64,000 bases of DNA, taken from positions 1,920,001 to 1,984,000 of the forward strand of contig OY969801.1 of NCBI GenBank assembly GCA_963703225.1. The letters run 5' to 3'. Positions 38,107 through 48,490 of the stretch are shown here, one piece after another (position 1 is the stretch's first letter; the number at the start of each line of letters is the position of its first letter). The stretch comes from Candidatus Eiseniibacteriota bacterium. GTDB taxonomy: Bacteria > Eisenbacteria > RBG-16-71-46 > SZUA-252. The notes below the pieces were generated by a model. It saw only the letters and a list, made by a program, of their open reading frames with translations, was not told the DNA's origin and did no database searches. The position numbers were made by a program, and so were the translations under genes.

Positions 38107-38134
38107 GATGTCACCGGGCTGATTGGCTACAGCG

Positions 38135-38725
38135 CTACTTGGCCCGCACCAGCGGAACGTCGACGACGTGCTCCGCAACGAACCAGACCTGGGCCTCATT
38201 GGTGCGGATGACATTGCTCACGATGAGATCGTTCGAACCGTCGTCGCCTCGGTCGGCCGCCTGCCGCGCCATGGTGCGCGCTTCCTTGAGCACGATCTCG
38301 TGGGCGTGAAGGAGCCTGGAAACTTGTCCTGGAACGCCTTCGCGCCCCTTTGGCGCCCGCGGGATCAGGGTAGTTTCCGCCACGTCATGAGCCATCGCGA
38401 GGCTCACCCCGCCCAATGCCTGAATCCGCTCTGCGATGGCATCCACGAGGCCGCCCTGCTCTTCGAAATGCTTGTCGAAGAGGAGGTGGAGCGAATAGAA
38501 GGTCGGGCCCGCGACCTGCCAGTGGTGTTTCTTGTAGAGATCGCGAAGGGTCATGGTGTCCGCGAGGAGCTGGTTCAGGTTCTCGACGCTCTCAGCGCAG
38601 ACCGATTCGTCCAACGCGATCGGCATCCGAACGATGTGGCCGAAGGGCTGTATTTCGTGGGCCCGCTGCTGCTGCAAGGGGGTGGCTTGGCGTAGGATTT
38701 CATCTGCGTCGATGGTCTTCGTCAT
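38135..38725 (-). CDS. dps: Dps DNA starvation/stationary-phase protection protein
   Basis: LADT..LYKKHHWQVAGPTFYSLHLLFD, DAIAERI, WFVAEH. Confidence 0.93.
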   Translation of the reverse strand: MTKTIDADEILRQATPLQQQRAHEIQPFGHIVRMPIALDESVCAESVENLNQLLADTMTLRDLYKKHHWQVAGPTFYSLHLLFDKHFEEQGGLVDAIAERIQALGGVSLAMAHDVAETTLIPRAPKGREGVPGQVSRLLHAHEIVLKEARTMARQAADRGDDGSNDLIVSNVIRTNEAQVWFVAEHVVDVPLVRAK

Positions 38726-38912
38726 GGCAGGGGCACTCCTCGGTTTACCCGGGTTGATGGTCCACTTGATCGCCTCGCCGAGCCTGGCAGGAGCCTGCGA
38801 GGGCAGGGCTTGCCGTCTCGCGAGGGGGTTGAGTCTGAAGAAGGAACTCCGTCCCCGCAAGGTTACAAAGCTGTAACGGAGGTCTCCCCGCAAGTGGCTC
38901 TCTACACCGCGG

Positions 38913-40800
38913 TTAGTCGGGTTTCGGCAGGTCCGCCAGCATTCGGGTGGAAGAATCTCCGCGGAATAGAACGACCAGCAATAGAGCCATCATGGCCGAC
39001 AACCCGCCTAACACTTGACCGATTCGTTCCTGCTTCAGTGCATCCAGCGTTATGGCAACCTCATGCTCGCCAGGTGGTACCGAAATCTGAATCAAACCCA
39101 ACTCAGAAGGGTGTACCGGCAGACTCTGTGGCACACCCTGGATCTTGGCGGTCCATCCCGGGAAAAAGAATTGATGGATGGTGAAATCGGCGCCCGTGAT
39201 TGCGCTTACCTGAATAACAATTCTCCTGGGCTGCCACTGCCTGATGAGCCAACTTGCCTGCCCTCCACTGCTCTGCACCATCGGCAACCGTTTGCCCAAG
39301 TTGGTGAGCGCCCCCACATTGAAGATCCCCTTGGGGACCCAGCGCGGTCGGTGTTCCTCGGCTCCCAGGCCAGCCGCAATCCTCGGGGCACTACCCAAGT
39401 CGTCCAGCCTCGAGAACAGAATGCGCTTATAGCTATAGCCGTAGCTGGCCAAGCAGGTGCTAACAGCTAGCACCCCACCGATCCAGAACAGCCTATGCCT
39501 GGCAACGGCAATGGGCCTTTGAATGAAGAACATCCCGACCAATAGCAATGCGATGAAGCAAAGGGGTAGCACCGTACTGCGACTCCCAGGAAAGCTAATC
39601 GCCTTCTGGAGCGGCAGCAGCTGTATCACCGTCGCAACAGCGACGACCGCCCCCACCAGCACCACAGCGCCCAGCAGGTTCATCCGATCACCCGCCGGGA
39701 AGATATCGCGTAGGGGCAATTGTGAGCCCGCACGTGCCAAGAGTCCGACGGTAGCGACCGCCAGGACCGTATCGAAGCGCCACGGGAATTGGACTCTCTG
39801 TATTGCCGGCAATGCGGCCCAGACAATCTGGCTTACGGGAAGCGTCATGAAGAGTGAGAAGAGTGCGACAATGACCCAATAATTACTCTCTCGCGCCGAT
39901 TTGGCCCTGGAGGAACTGATCGACAACTTCCAGGCGCACACCGCCAATCCTCCGGTCAGTACGGTTAATAGCTCCAGGCTTCGCCAAAACGTCCTGTCGT
40001 GGCCGACCGCGGGGCCCGCGAACAGAAAATTGTTCGCATACTGATACATCCTCGCTGACATGACCTCCATCGAAACCGAGTCTTGCGTCGTGATCGCCGG
40101 CAGCCAATAGATTGCCGACAGGCCGACAGCAAGAACTGCGGCCAGTCCTAGACGAATGGAAACGAGGCGCCACTGGGCGCGGTCCGCTAGGAAGAAGACA
40201 TAACCGATGGGGACAGGGAGAAAGATGATCAGCGTTGGAAGATGGGTTAGAGCCAACAGAGCAAGGCTGACCGCCAATCCGATGACGCCGCGCCTCGAGC
40301 CTCTGGCGACTTTGATGCAGAAGTACAGAATCAAAGGCAACCAGACAAAGGACCAATATTCGGCAAATGCGAAGCGGGTGTAGAGATCGACGGCCAAGTG
40401 ATAGGGCCAGACCATGTACGCAAGAGCGGCGATGAACGCGGGGGTCCTGGGAGCAATTTCCTTAAGCCAGAGATAGGCCGTCAGTCCAGAGGCCACCAGA
40501 GCAAGGAGGCTGGATAGGCCGAGCGCGTTGCAAATCGACGTGCTGAAGTGAGAGAGAGGTGAAAGGAGACTGGTGAAGTAGTAGGGAATGGGTGGGTAGA
40601 AGAAGAATGTTGGGCTTCCGAAGCCCGCGTTCATTCCTTGGAGCCAACGTGGATAGAGATCTCCGTGCCAAAACTGCGCGGAAAAATAGCGGCTATAGAT
40701 TAGATGGTATTCAAAATCGTGACCAACGAGGCAACCATTGATGAGCGCCGGGACCGTCAGAATTACCCCAAAGCCGACGATCGCGGCGATGTGAGCCTTT
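38913..40800 (-). CDS. Polytopic membrane protein, PTPS-related/YfhO-like (GT-C type); canonical start codon missing
   Basis: Frame open upstream of 40634 (TM, GHDFEYHL, GDLYPRW) then GSPTFFFYPP, QFPWRF, FFFPGW, VPPGEHEV; no ATG/GTG/TTG before these motifs. Confidence 0.75.
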
Positions 40801-40851
40801 GCGGTGCCGATGGTCTCAGTCCCCCCGCCGGCTGCGCCCGCTTGCGCCTCG

Positions 40852-42279
40852 TCAGGCCGCGGGCTTGATGTTTTGGTTCATCCGGAACAGGTTGGTCGGA
40901 TCGTATTTCGTCTTCAGCTTCGCCAGCCGCTCGTAGTTCGCACCGTAGGCGCCCTTCTGTACACGCTGGCTCTCGTCCTCGGGCATGAAGTTCACGTACA
41001 CGCCACCGGTGGCGAACGGGGTCGAGGCGTCGAAGAGCTGCCGTGCCCATGCGATGCATTCCTTGTCCTGAGCCGGATCACTCCACCGTGTGTGGACGTT
41101 CATGACGAATTCCACGTCGCGGTGCGGATACGCCGTGGCGTTGGCCGGAATTCGATTGATCGCCCCACCCAGGTTTCCAATGAAGACCTCGCACTCCGGG
41201 GACGGCAACCGGCCCACCGCCTCGAGCACCACTCGGATAAATCCGTCGTCGAGTTTCTTGAAGTCGTGTGACTTCCAGTAGTTCCTGGAGCCCGGCGCCA
41301 GGAGCGGATCGAACGCGGTCTGCCACCCCACGAACGGGGTTGGGCCGACCACGTCGGCAATCGGTTTGCCCAGTGCCCGGAGCGGCGCGACCGCCCTCTC
41401 GGCCTCCAGCTTGTCCCCGATGGCGCACACGGCGAACACCAGAACCTCCTTGCCGTGCACTTCGGGCGGCAGGAACGGAAGCGGCGGAGCCTTGCGTAGC
41501 ACCACCCATGCGGTGACCTCGTCGGGCGCCGAGGCGACAAACCGACGGTAGCCCTCGAGTACCTGTCTCGCCTGCGCGAACGGGTGGACGATCAGGCCTG
41601 CAATGACCTCTGGCCCTACCGGATGGAGCCGATACTCGAACGACGTCACGACGCCGAAGTTTCCACCACCGCCGCGCACCGCCCAGAACAGGTCGGCGTT
41701 CTCCTTGTCGCTCGCACGCAGGGACTTGCCATCGGCGGTCACCACGTCCACCGAAAGCAAGTTGTCCACCGTGAGCCCGTATTTGCGGCTGGTCCACCCA
41801 AAGCCGCCGCCGAGCGTGAAACCGGCGACTCCGGTCGTGGAGTTAATTCCCAGCGGAGTGGCGAGGCCGGAAGCCTGCGCCACGCGATCAAACTCGCCCA
41901 GGGTCACCCCCGGTTCGACGCGAGCCGTGCGGGCCGCCGTGTCCACACGCACCGACTTCATCGGCGACAGGTCAATCATCAGACCGCCATCGCACACGGC
42001 GTTGCCCGCGATGTTGTGCCCACCTCCCCGAACCGCCAGCAACAGCCGGTGCTCGCGCGCGAATCCGACCGCGCGCACCACGTCCGTCGCTTCGGCGGCA
42101 CGAACGATGACCGCGGGCCTTCGGTCGATCATCGCGTTCCAGATCGTGCGTGCGTCTTCGTAGCCTGGCTCCCCGGGCAGGCACATCGTGCCGCGCAGCC
42201 CCGCGCGCAGTCCGTTGAGAGCATCCGCCGCGATGGTCTGCTGGTTCCCATCGAGCGTCTTGAGACCGATGTCAGCCAT
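40852..42279 (-). CDS. FAD-binding oxidoreductase, berberine-bridge-enzyme-like
   Basis: RGGGHN, DLFWAVRGGGGNFGVVT, YVNF, KYDPTNLFRMNQNI. Confidence 0.93.
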   Translation of the reverse strand: MADIGLKTLDGNQQTIAADALNGLRAGLRGTMCLPGEPGYEDARTIWNAMIDRRPAVIVRAAEATDVVRAVGFAREHRLLLAVRGGGHNIAGNAVCDGGLMIDLSPMKSVRVDTAARTARVEPGVTLGEFDRVAQASGLATPLGINSTTGVAGFTLGGGFGWTSRKYGLTVDNLLSVDVVTADGKSLRASDKENADLFWAVRGGGGNFGVVTSFEYRLHPVGPEVIAGLIVHPFAQARQVLEGYRRFVASAPDEVTAWVVLRKAPPLPFLPPEVHGKEVLVFAVCAIGDKLEAERAVAPLRALGKPIADVVGPTPFVGWQTAFDPLLAPGSRNYWKSHDFKKLDDGFIRVVLEAVGRLPSPECEVFIGNLGGAINRIPANATAYPHRDVEFVMNVHTRWSDPAQDKECIAWARQLFDASTPFATGGVYVNFMPEDESQRVQKGAYGANYERLAKLKTKYDPTNLFRMNQNIKPAA

Positions 42280-42344
42280 TCTAGAATCCTCCCTGAGGGC
42301 GATGGGCCCCGGCGTTTACTGGGATCTCTTGTTCTAGCTCGCGC

Positions 42345-42818
42345 TCAGACCGTCGCGGGCACATGCGCCTTCTTGAGGATCGCGACCTGCCCCGCGTGAT
42401 AGAGCACGTGCTGCAGCTCTCCAATGATCAGCTCGAACCACACGCCGTCCACACCCGGCCGCTCTTTGTGCAGCTTCTCCGCCGGGAATCGGCCGACCGT
42501 CGCCACCAGCGCGTCCCCGGTTTCGAACAGCTGGGCCACAGCCTTGGACCAAGCCGCTTCGTCCGCGAATGTGGAGACGGGCCAGTTCTCCGCGTCCGAA
42601 ATCGCCGGTGATTCCCCCTGGAGCCGACGCCGCACCACTTCATGCCAGGTGGTCGCGTGCAGCAGTACCTCGGCGATCGTGTGCGCCTCGGGAATCGGAC
42701 GATGGATGGCCGCTTCGCGCGTGACGCCCTCGAGCACCTCCCTCCAGGAGGGTCCGTGCCAGGCGTCACCGTACAATGCCCGCTTCAACTGATCTGCAAG
42801 TCGCTCGCTGTCGTTCAT
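42345..42818 (-). CDS. DinB family protein
   Basis: AWHGPS, HTIAEVLLH, HVLYHAGQV. Confidence 0.88.
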   Translation of the reverse strand: MNDSERLADQLKRALYGDAWHGPSWREVLEGVTREAAIHRPIPEAHTIAEVLLHATTWHEVVRRRLQGESPAISDAENWPVSTFADEAAWSKAVAQLFETGDALVATVGRFPAEKLHKERPGVDGVWFELIIGELQHVLYHAGQVAILKKAHVPATV

Positions 42819-42841
42819 CGCGTTGTCTCCCTGTCCCGGCA

Positions 42842-43120
42842 TCAGCCTCGTACCTGACCGAATCTCTGCGCCGACCGCAGGCGCGCCTTGACCGCTTCTG
42901 CGTCCCTATCTTTTGGCGGCGCCGTCGTGACCAGTGCATCGAGTAGTTTCCGCGCGGCCCGAGCGACGTCGTCGACAGCCCGGTCGAATGCCGCCTGATT
43001 GGCGAGCGACGGCTTGTTGAACCCGCTCACCTTCCTGACGAACTGAAGTGAGGAGGCACGGATTTCGTCGTCCGTCGCCGATGGCGAGAAGTTGAACAAA
43101 GTCTTGATATTCCTGCACAT
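42842..43120 (-). CDS. DUF2277 protein
   Basis: MCRNIKTLFNF..ASSLQFVRKVSGFNKPS. Confidence 0.88.
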   Translation of the reverse strand: MCRNIKTLFNFSPSATDDEIRASSLQFVRKVSGFNKPSLANQAAFDRAVDDVARAARKLLDALVTTAPPKDRDAEAVKARLRSAQRFGQVRG

Positions 43121-43168
43121 CGCGTTACCCCTTGTGTGGTGTGGAACGTGATCCGCCCGAATCCGCCC

Positions 43169-43576
43169 TTACGCGCCCGCGAGCTGAAGCAGGCGCTGGA
43201 ACTGAGCCTCGCTGAACGGCATGACGGACAGCCGAGGCAGGCGCGCCAGCTCGGTGCCCTTGAGCACCGCGTCGGATTTCACCTGGGCCAACGTCACCGG
43301 CTTGGGCAGCGCCCGGTCGGCCGCGAGGTTCACCACCGGCCGCTTTGGATCTTTGAGCTTGGGGTCCGGGTAGGCGTCCGAGGCCGCGATCGCGAGCCCA
43401 ACGGCTTGCTTCTCGTCCCCGGTGTGGTACACGACCACGGTATCGCCCTTCCTGATCGTGGCAAGGTGCTTCAGGGCCACCGGGTTCGACACTCCATCCC
43501 ACACGGTCCGCTTGTCGCGTTTGAGGTCGGCAAAGGAGTAGGTCGTGGGCTCGGTCTTTACGAGGAATCGCGCCAT
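43169..43576 (-). CDS. EVE domain protein
   Basis: LVKTEP..YSF, WDGVSN, YHTG, AYPDP, RLSVMP. Confidence 0.9.
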   Translation of the reverse strand: MARFLVKTEPTTYSFADLKRDKRTVWDGVSNPVALKHLATIRKGDTVVVYHTGDEKQAVGLAIAASDAYPDPKLKDPKRPVVNLAADRALPKPVTLAQVKSDAVLKGTELARLPRLSVMPFSEAQFQRLLQLAGA

Positions 43577-43578
43577 GG

Positions 43579-46500
43579 CTAGAGGATAGCAGCCCGCGGA
43601 AGGATGCGCACCTCCCTCGCGACCTCGAGGAATCGGCAGAAGGCGTTCGCGAGCTTCATCTGTCTCGGGCTCTGGCAGTCGGGCTCGAACAGGCGTGGGC
43701 TCCCCACCACGATGCAGGCGCATTGGGCCCGGGATGTGGCGACGTTGAAGCGGTTCGGACTGTAGAGGAACTCCATGCCCCGCGGAGCGTCCTCCGGCGT
43801 CGACGTCGTCATGGAGTAGATCACGATCGGCGCCTCCTGGCCCTGGAATCGGTCGACCGTGCCGACGCGCGCTCCGGCGGGCAGCCGGGCGGTCAGATCG
43901 GCGACCTGGGCGTTGTAGGGGGCGATCACCAGAACGTCGTCGAGGGCGATCGCTCGCTCGCGCCCATCGCGGTCGCGCCAACGGGCGCCGCCTTCCATCA
44001 GCGTGCCCACCAGCTCGGCGACGATCTCCACCTCCTCCCGGCTGGAACTCTGATTGGCGTCGTGGTGCGCCGGGACAAACCACAAGCCCGAGCCGGGGAA
44101 CAGGACCTCGCCCAGCAGCGTTTGCTGCTCGAGGCTGGCGAGGGAGCGCAGCCGTCGCTCGTAGAACAGCTCTGACGTGAGGCTGCAGATGGCGGGAGGC
44201 AGCCGCCATGTCTCCTCGAGAAAGAGGCCGCGATCGTCCGCGATCGTCTGGGCGCCGCCGAGAACGTGCTCGAGCGCGGAGACCGCGGTGCCTTCGGGGT
44301 GAGATCCCTGGATCGGCTGCTCCAGCTGCTGCGGATCGCCGAGCAGGACAACGCTCTTGGCGCAGGGAGCGATCGCGAGGACATTCGCGAGCGACATCTG
44401 CCCGGCCTCGTCCACGAACAGGACGTCCACCGCTTCCACGAACTCCTCGCGCGCCCACATCCATGCGGTGCCACCCGCGACGTTCGCCCGACCCCCACGA
44501 AGGGCGGTCAGAACGGCGGCGTTGTCCGTGGTCTCGCCGATCCCGGGATCGGCGATCGCGCCCTTCTCCTTCACCTTACGCAGACACTCGACGCGAACGC
44601 CCTCCTCGGCGCCGGCCTCCACGACCTGCTTGAGGAGGTTCACGATGACCTTGTGGCTCACCGCGCAAACGCCCACCCGCTTTCCCGTGCGCACGAGGTC
44701 GCAGATCATGCGGGCACCGGTGAAGGTCTTGCCCGATCCAGGCGGTCCCTGAATGGCGAGCGTGCCGCGATCCAGCAAGAGCGCGAGCCGACGCGCTGCC
44801 CTGACGCCCCCCTCGCCCGGCGCCTCGAGGGGACCCTCCACCGGCGAAGCCAGACGCGGCCCGCGCCGGAGCAGCAGATCGCGGGCGGCCCGATAACGAC
44901 CGGGCGTGTCCACGCCGTTCGTGGCCACCCAGTCGCCCAGCCGCGCCAGCGACTCGGCCTGCTCCCTGGAGGACACCGTGTCGTGCGCGAACACACTCGT
45001 GGGATCCAGCGACGCGCAGGCACCGCTCTTCTTGACGTCGATCGTGCGGGCGGCGAGATCGATCTCCTCCACGTCCCCGAACTTGCGTCCATCCGGAAGG
45101 GGCAGATGGAGCTTGTCGCCCTCGCGAATGTTCGTCTCTTGAGCCGGAAAGCGGTACCGATCGACGGGCGTGCGCCCTCCCGCCGGGAGACGTTCCACAC
45201 GCTCGAGACCCGCCAGTGCCGCCGTCTCGTCGAGGAGATCCTCGTCCGGCAGCTCCCGCAGGCGGTAGTACTCCCACCAGGGCGCCTTCTCCTCGCGTCG
45301 ATGCCAGTCGAGCATGAGGGCGAGCAGCCACACCGCCTGCTGCTTCTCGGATCGCTCCTCGGATGGCTCCGGCACTTTCGAAAGCAGCCGCGCCGCCAGC
45401 TCGCGGGTGCGTCGCTCGCGCTCGTCGATCTCCTTGTTCGGGTCGCCCGACTCCTCGGCTGGCCGAGGAATCTCGGCGCCGTCCGCCTCCGCCCCCTGAC
45501 GCAGGAGTTCGAGCCAGTCGCGCAACGCACGCGCCGAGAGGCAATCCTCGCGGTTGTAGGCTTCCACGATCCGCGCGTTCTCGTCGTCAGGGGCCATCCG
45601 AGCGCCCAGCTCGAGCCCGCGCTGGATGACGCGCAGGGCCGCGCCCGCCTGGTCGAGGGGCTGCCGGCGCCCGAAACCGTAGAGCGGCTCAAGCTTCTTG
45701 ATGGAGTATTCCTCGACGCTGGCGCGCAACGACTGGCGCACGATCGCGTGCAGATCCACGAACCGGCCGGCGCGCAGGAGGCGATCGACTTCGGCCTCGC
45801 GCGTGGCGTGCCGGCCCATCAACCGCTTGATCGCCCCGGTCTCGTAGACGCCGTAGTGGTAGACGTGCATGTTCGGGTCGAGGGACCACCGCTGCATGAT
45901 GGTGTCCAGGAGCGCTTCGAAGCCCTGGCGTTCGGCCGCCCGATCGAGCGCCCAGTGGCACTTGTAGACAGGCGGGCCCACCTCGAGCGCGAGCGTCCCG
46001 GGCGGCGGGGGATCGGGAATCGCCCAGCCGAACAGGTACTCGAGGCCGCCCTCGTCCACGTAGGGATCCGCCTCTAGATCCAGGAACAGATCGCCCGGCG
46101 AGGGAGCTGGGAGGCACGCGAGCCCGCGGCCGGGCGCCATCGGAAGCAGCTCGTGCAGGTTCTTGTGCTCGTTTCGTCCGGCGAGCTGGATGCGTGCCTG
46201 CTCCCGAACGCGCCCATAGCCTTCCTTCGCGCCACGAGCCGGCTTCCACTGAATCGGCAGGGGCTCGACCGCCAGCGATGCCAACGTGCCCAGCTCGCGC
46301 GACTTGAGCTCGCGCGTCTGAAGCCGCGAGATCCCGGCGACCAGGCTCAGGTGGTCGTCCGCGTGCCTCTGCCGGTCGCACCTCGGCCACCAGCGGCAGA
46401 TATCGCAGTGCGGCACGGGGTCGGGATAGGTGGCGGTGGCGCCGCCCTCCCCTGCTTCCGCGTCCACCGCCGCTTCCAGTCGACGGCGCACGAGTCGGTA

Positions 46501-47064
46501 GTAGGCGAGGTAGTCCTCGACGCGATACGTCTCCAGCGGAAAGTCGGGCCGCCGCGGGACCACGTGCATGTACGTCGGCAGGACGCCTTGTATCTCGGCC
46601 AAAAGCTCCGAGTAGAGGCAGAGCTGGAGGACCGCCCCCGCTTTGGTCTCGCGGGCGAGCTTGGTATCGAGGGCCTCGTAGGACCACGCACCGAGCCCGC
46701 TCGGGCGCTTCACCCGGAGGAGCACGTCCGCGCGCCCCAGCCAGCGCCCGCCGGCGAGCGTCGCCTGCGCGATGACCTCCGCGCCCGCGTACATGGCTGC
46801 CACCGTGCGCTCGAGGTCCCGCCGGCCATCTTCCCCCTCGTCGAGCCGCGTGATCCTCCGCCCCTGCCGCTCCAATTGAGCAAGGTAGGCGCGCTCGTGC
46901 TCGAGGCCCCGCTCGCGGAGCAGGGCTGCCTCGGGCCGAAACCAATCAGGCGGCTTGAGCCGGCCCTCGGCCGCGCCGCGATCGAGCCCGGTCAGATGGC
47001 GGCAGGCGAGATGGTTCGCGAGGTCGGTTGCCGAGAGCCTCAGGGTGCCGGTGTCGCGCTTCAC
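43579..47064 (-). CDS. TM0106 family RecB-like nuclease + RNase H-like + SF1 helicase
   Basis: LSATDL..C, GRADVL, DTKLAR, QLCLYS, CxxCxWxxxC, FLDLE, YNREDC, QGPPGSGKT, DEAGQ, GDPQQL, GTVDRFQGQE, NVATSRA. Confidence 0.9.
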   Translation of the reverse strand: MKRDTGTLRLSATDLANHLACRHLTGLDRGAAEGRLKPPDWFRPEAALLRERGLEHERAYLAQLERQGRRITRLDEGEDGRRDLERTVAAMYAGAEVIAQATLAGGRWLGRADVLLRVKRPSGLGAWSYEALDTKLARETKAGAVLQLCLYSELLAEIQGVLPTYMHVVPRRPDFPLETYRVEDYLAYYRLVRRRLEAAVDAEAGEGGATATYPDPVPHCDICRWWPRCDRQRHADDHLSLVAGISRLQTRELKSRELGTLASLAVEPLPIQWKPARGAKEGYGRVREQARIQLAGRNEHKNLHELLPMAPGRGLACLPAPSPGDLFLDLEADPYVDEGGLEYLFGWAIPDPPPPGTLALEVGPPVYKCHWALDRAAERQGFEALLDTIMQRWSLDPNMHVYHYGVYETGAIKRLMGRHATREAEVDRLLRAGRFVDLHAIVRQSLRASVEEYSIKKLEPLYGFGRRQPLDQAGAALRVIQRGLELGARMAPDDENARIVEAYNREDCLSARALRDWLELLRQGAEADGAEIPRPAEESGDPNKEIDERERRTRELAARLLSKVPEPSEERSEKQQAVWLLALMLDWHRREEKAPWWEYYRLRELPDEDLLDETAALAGLERVERLPAGGRTPVDRYRFPAQETNIREGDKLHLPLPDGRKFGDVEEIDLAARTIDVKKSGACASLDPTSVFAHDTVSSREQAESLARLGDWVATNGVDTPGRYRAARDLLLRRGPRLASPVEGPLEAPGEGGVRAARRLALLLDRGTLAIQGPPGSGKTFTGARMICDLVRTGKRVGVCAVSHKVIVNLLKQVVEAGAEEGVRVECLRKVKEKGAIADPGIGETTDNAAVLTALRGGRANVAGGTAWMWAREEFVEAVDVLFVDEAGQMSLANVLAIAPCAKSVVLLGDPQQLEQPIQGSHPEGTAVSALEHVLGGAQTIADDRGLFLEETWRLPPAICSLTSELFYERRLRSLASLEQQTLLGEVLFPGSGLWFVPAHHDANQSSSREEVEIVAELVGTLMEGGARWRDRDGRERAIALDDVLVIAPYNAQVADLTARLPAGARVGTVDRFQGQEAPIVIYSMTTSTPEDAPRGMEFLYSPNRFNVATSRAQCACIVVGSPRLFEPDCQSPRQMKLANAFCRFLEVAREVRILPRAAIL

Positions 47065-47096
47065 GTCCAGTCCGTATCTCCATCCCCGCGGTGCGC

Positions 47097-47804
47097 CTAC
47101 TCGCGGCAGAGCTCCATCAGCCGAGCCGCCAGCTTCGGGCCCTTTCCCTCTTCCTCGTGCTTCAGGAAGACGTAGGCGTCGCTCCATGGCTGCTCACGGA
47201 TACGCCGCGCCCAGTCGCGCAGCTCCTTGTCCTTGAAGTCCTCGCGCCGCAGCCGCAGGTAGCCCCAGTCGGTGGTTGCGACCAGCGGGGCGGCGGGCTC
47301 CTCCCCCGTGTCCGCCACGCAAAGCGCCGCGCGCTGGGCTCGCAGCGTTTCGTAGACCTCATCATCGAACCACGACGCGTGCCTGAACTCGATCGCCATC
47401 CGCCGGCGCTCGGGCATCTCGTCGAAGAAACCCTGGAGCCGCGGGACGTCCTTCTTGAAGTTCGGTGGGAGCTGGAACAGCAGCGGCCCAAGCCGCGATC
47501 CCAGCGTCGAGGTGACGCCGAAAAGGTAGGTGAGCAGCTCGCCGCACTCCTTGAGCCGCCTGTCGTGCGTGATGCGCTTGGACGCCTTGATCACGAACGT
47601 GAAGCTCTCGGGCACCTGTTCGGCCCACCCGCTCAGGAGCTTCTCGGTCGGCATACGGTAGAAGGTGTTGTTGATCTCCACCGTCGGAAAGCGCTCGGCG
47701 TAGTAGCGCAGCATGTCCTTCGCGGCCATCTTCTCGGGGTAAAAGTTGCCCTTCCACTCGGCGTAGGAATACCCGCTGGTTCCGATCCGCACCTTTACGC
47801 TCAC
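47097..47804 (-). CDS. DUF72 protein
   Basis: IGTSGYSY..W, VEINNTFYR, LFQLPP, IEFRH, YLRLR. Confidence 0.92.
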   Translation of the reverse strand: MSVKVRIGTSGYSYAEWKGNFYPEKMAAKDMLRYYAERFPTVEINNTFYRMPTEKLLSGWAEQVPESFTFVIKASKRITHDRRLKECGELLTYLFGVTSTLGSRLGPLLFQLPPNFKKDVPRLQGFFDEMPERRRMAIEFRHASWFDDEVYETLRAQRAALCVADTGEEPAAPLVATTDWGYLRLRREDFKDKELRDWARRIREQPWSDAYVFLKHEEEGKGPKLAARLMELCRE

Positions 47805-48490
47805 GTTCGCTCCTCCAGCCATTGGGCCGCCGCGAGAGCCAGCTCATCAAGCACCTGCTCGTCGGTCCGGCCGCTACGCTTCAACACATGAAACATGTGG
47901 TCGGCGTGCTCGATCACGCGAAGCGTGGCGCGTGCCCCCAGCCGCCCGACGACCGGCTTGAGCAGCGTGAGGTCGGCAAGGGTATCGCGGGTTCCCTGGA
48001 GAAACAGCATCGGAAGGTCCACCCGCGTCAGGTGCTCGGCGCGAGAGATGCCGGGTTGCCCCGCCGGGTGCAACGGAAATCCGAGAAAGACCAGCCCCTT
48101 GACCCCGGGGAGGGGCGCCGCGGCTGCGGCGCGGGAGGTCATGCGCCCTCCCATGGACTTGCCGCCAGCCAGGAGTGGGAGGCCACCCGCCGCCTCATGG
48201 GCCGCCCCGACGGCCGCCCGCACGGTGTCGAGCAGCATCGGCTCGGGATCGGGTCGGCGGCCGCCCTGCTCCGTATAGGGGAACTGATAGCGCAACGTGG
48301 CGATCCCCTGCGCGGCGAGACGCCCCGCGATCGCTTCCATGAACGAGTGCCGCATTCCGGCCCCGGCGCCGTGGGCGAGCACGTAGAGAGCGCGGGCCCG
48401 CGCGGGGAACAGGAGGAGCGCCGAGACCTCGACGCCCCCCGAGACGCGAATACGCCGTTCGACCGCCGTGTGAGCCGCGGCTTTCGTCAC
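47801..48490 (-). CDS. Alpha/beta hydrolase (KANL3/Tex30-like)
   Basis: LAHGAGAG, GGKSMGGR, FPLHP, QGTRD, ADH. Confidence 0.88.
   Translation of the reverse strand: MTKAAAHTAVERRIRVSGGVEVSALLLFPARARALYVLAHGAGAGMRHSFMEAIAGRLAAQGIATLRYQFPYTEQGGRRPDPEPMLLDTVRAAVGAAHEAAGGLPLLAGGKSMGGRMTSRAAAAAPLPGVKGLVFLGFPLHPAGQPGISRAEHLTRVDLPMLFLQGTRDTLADLTLLKPVVGRLGARATLRVIEHADHMFHVLKRSGRTDEQVLDELALAAAQWLEERT

Noticed and set aside
43579..47064. Cas4/CRISPR adaptation gene
   Set aside because: The RecB-like domain belongs to a TM0106 nuclease-helicase; no cas1/cas2 or array
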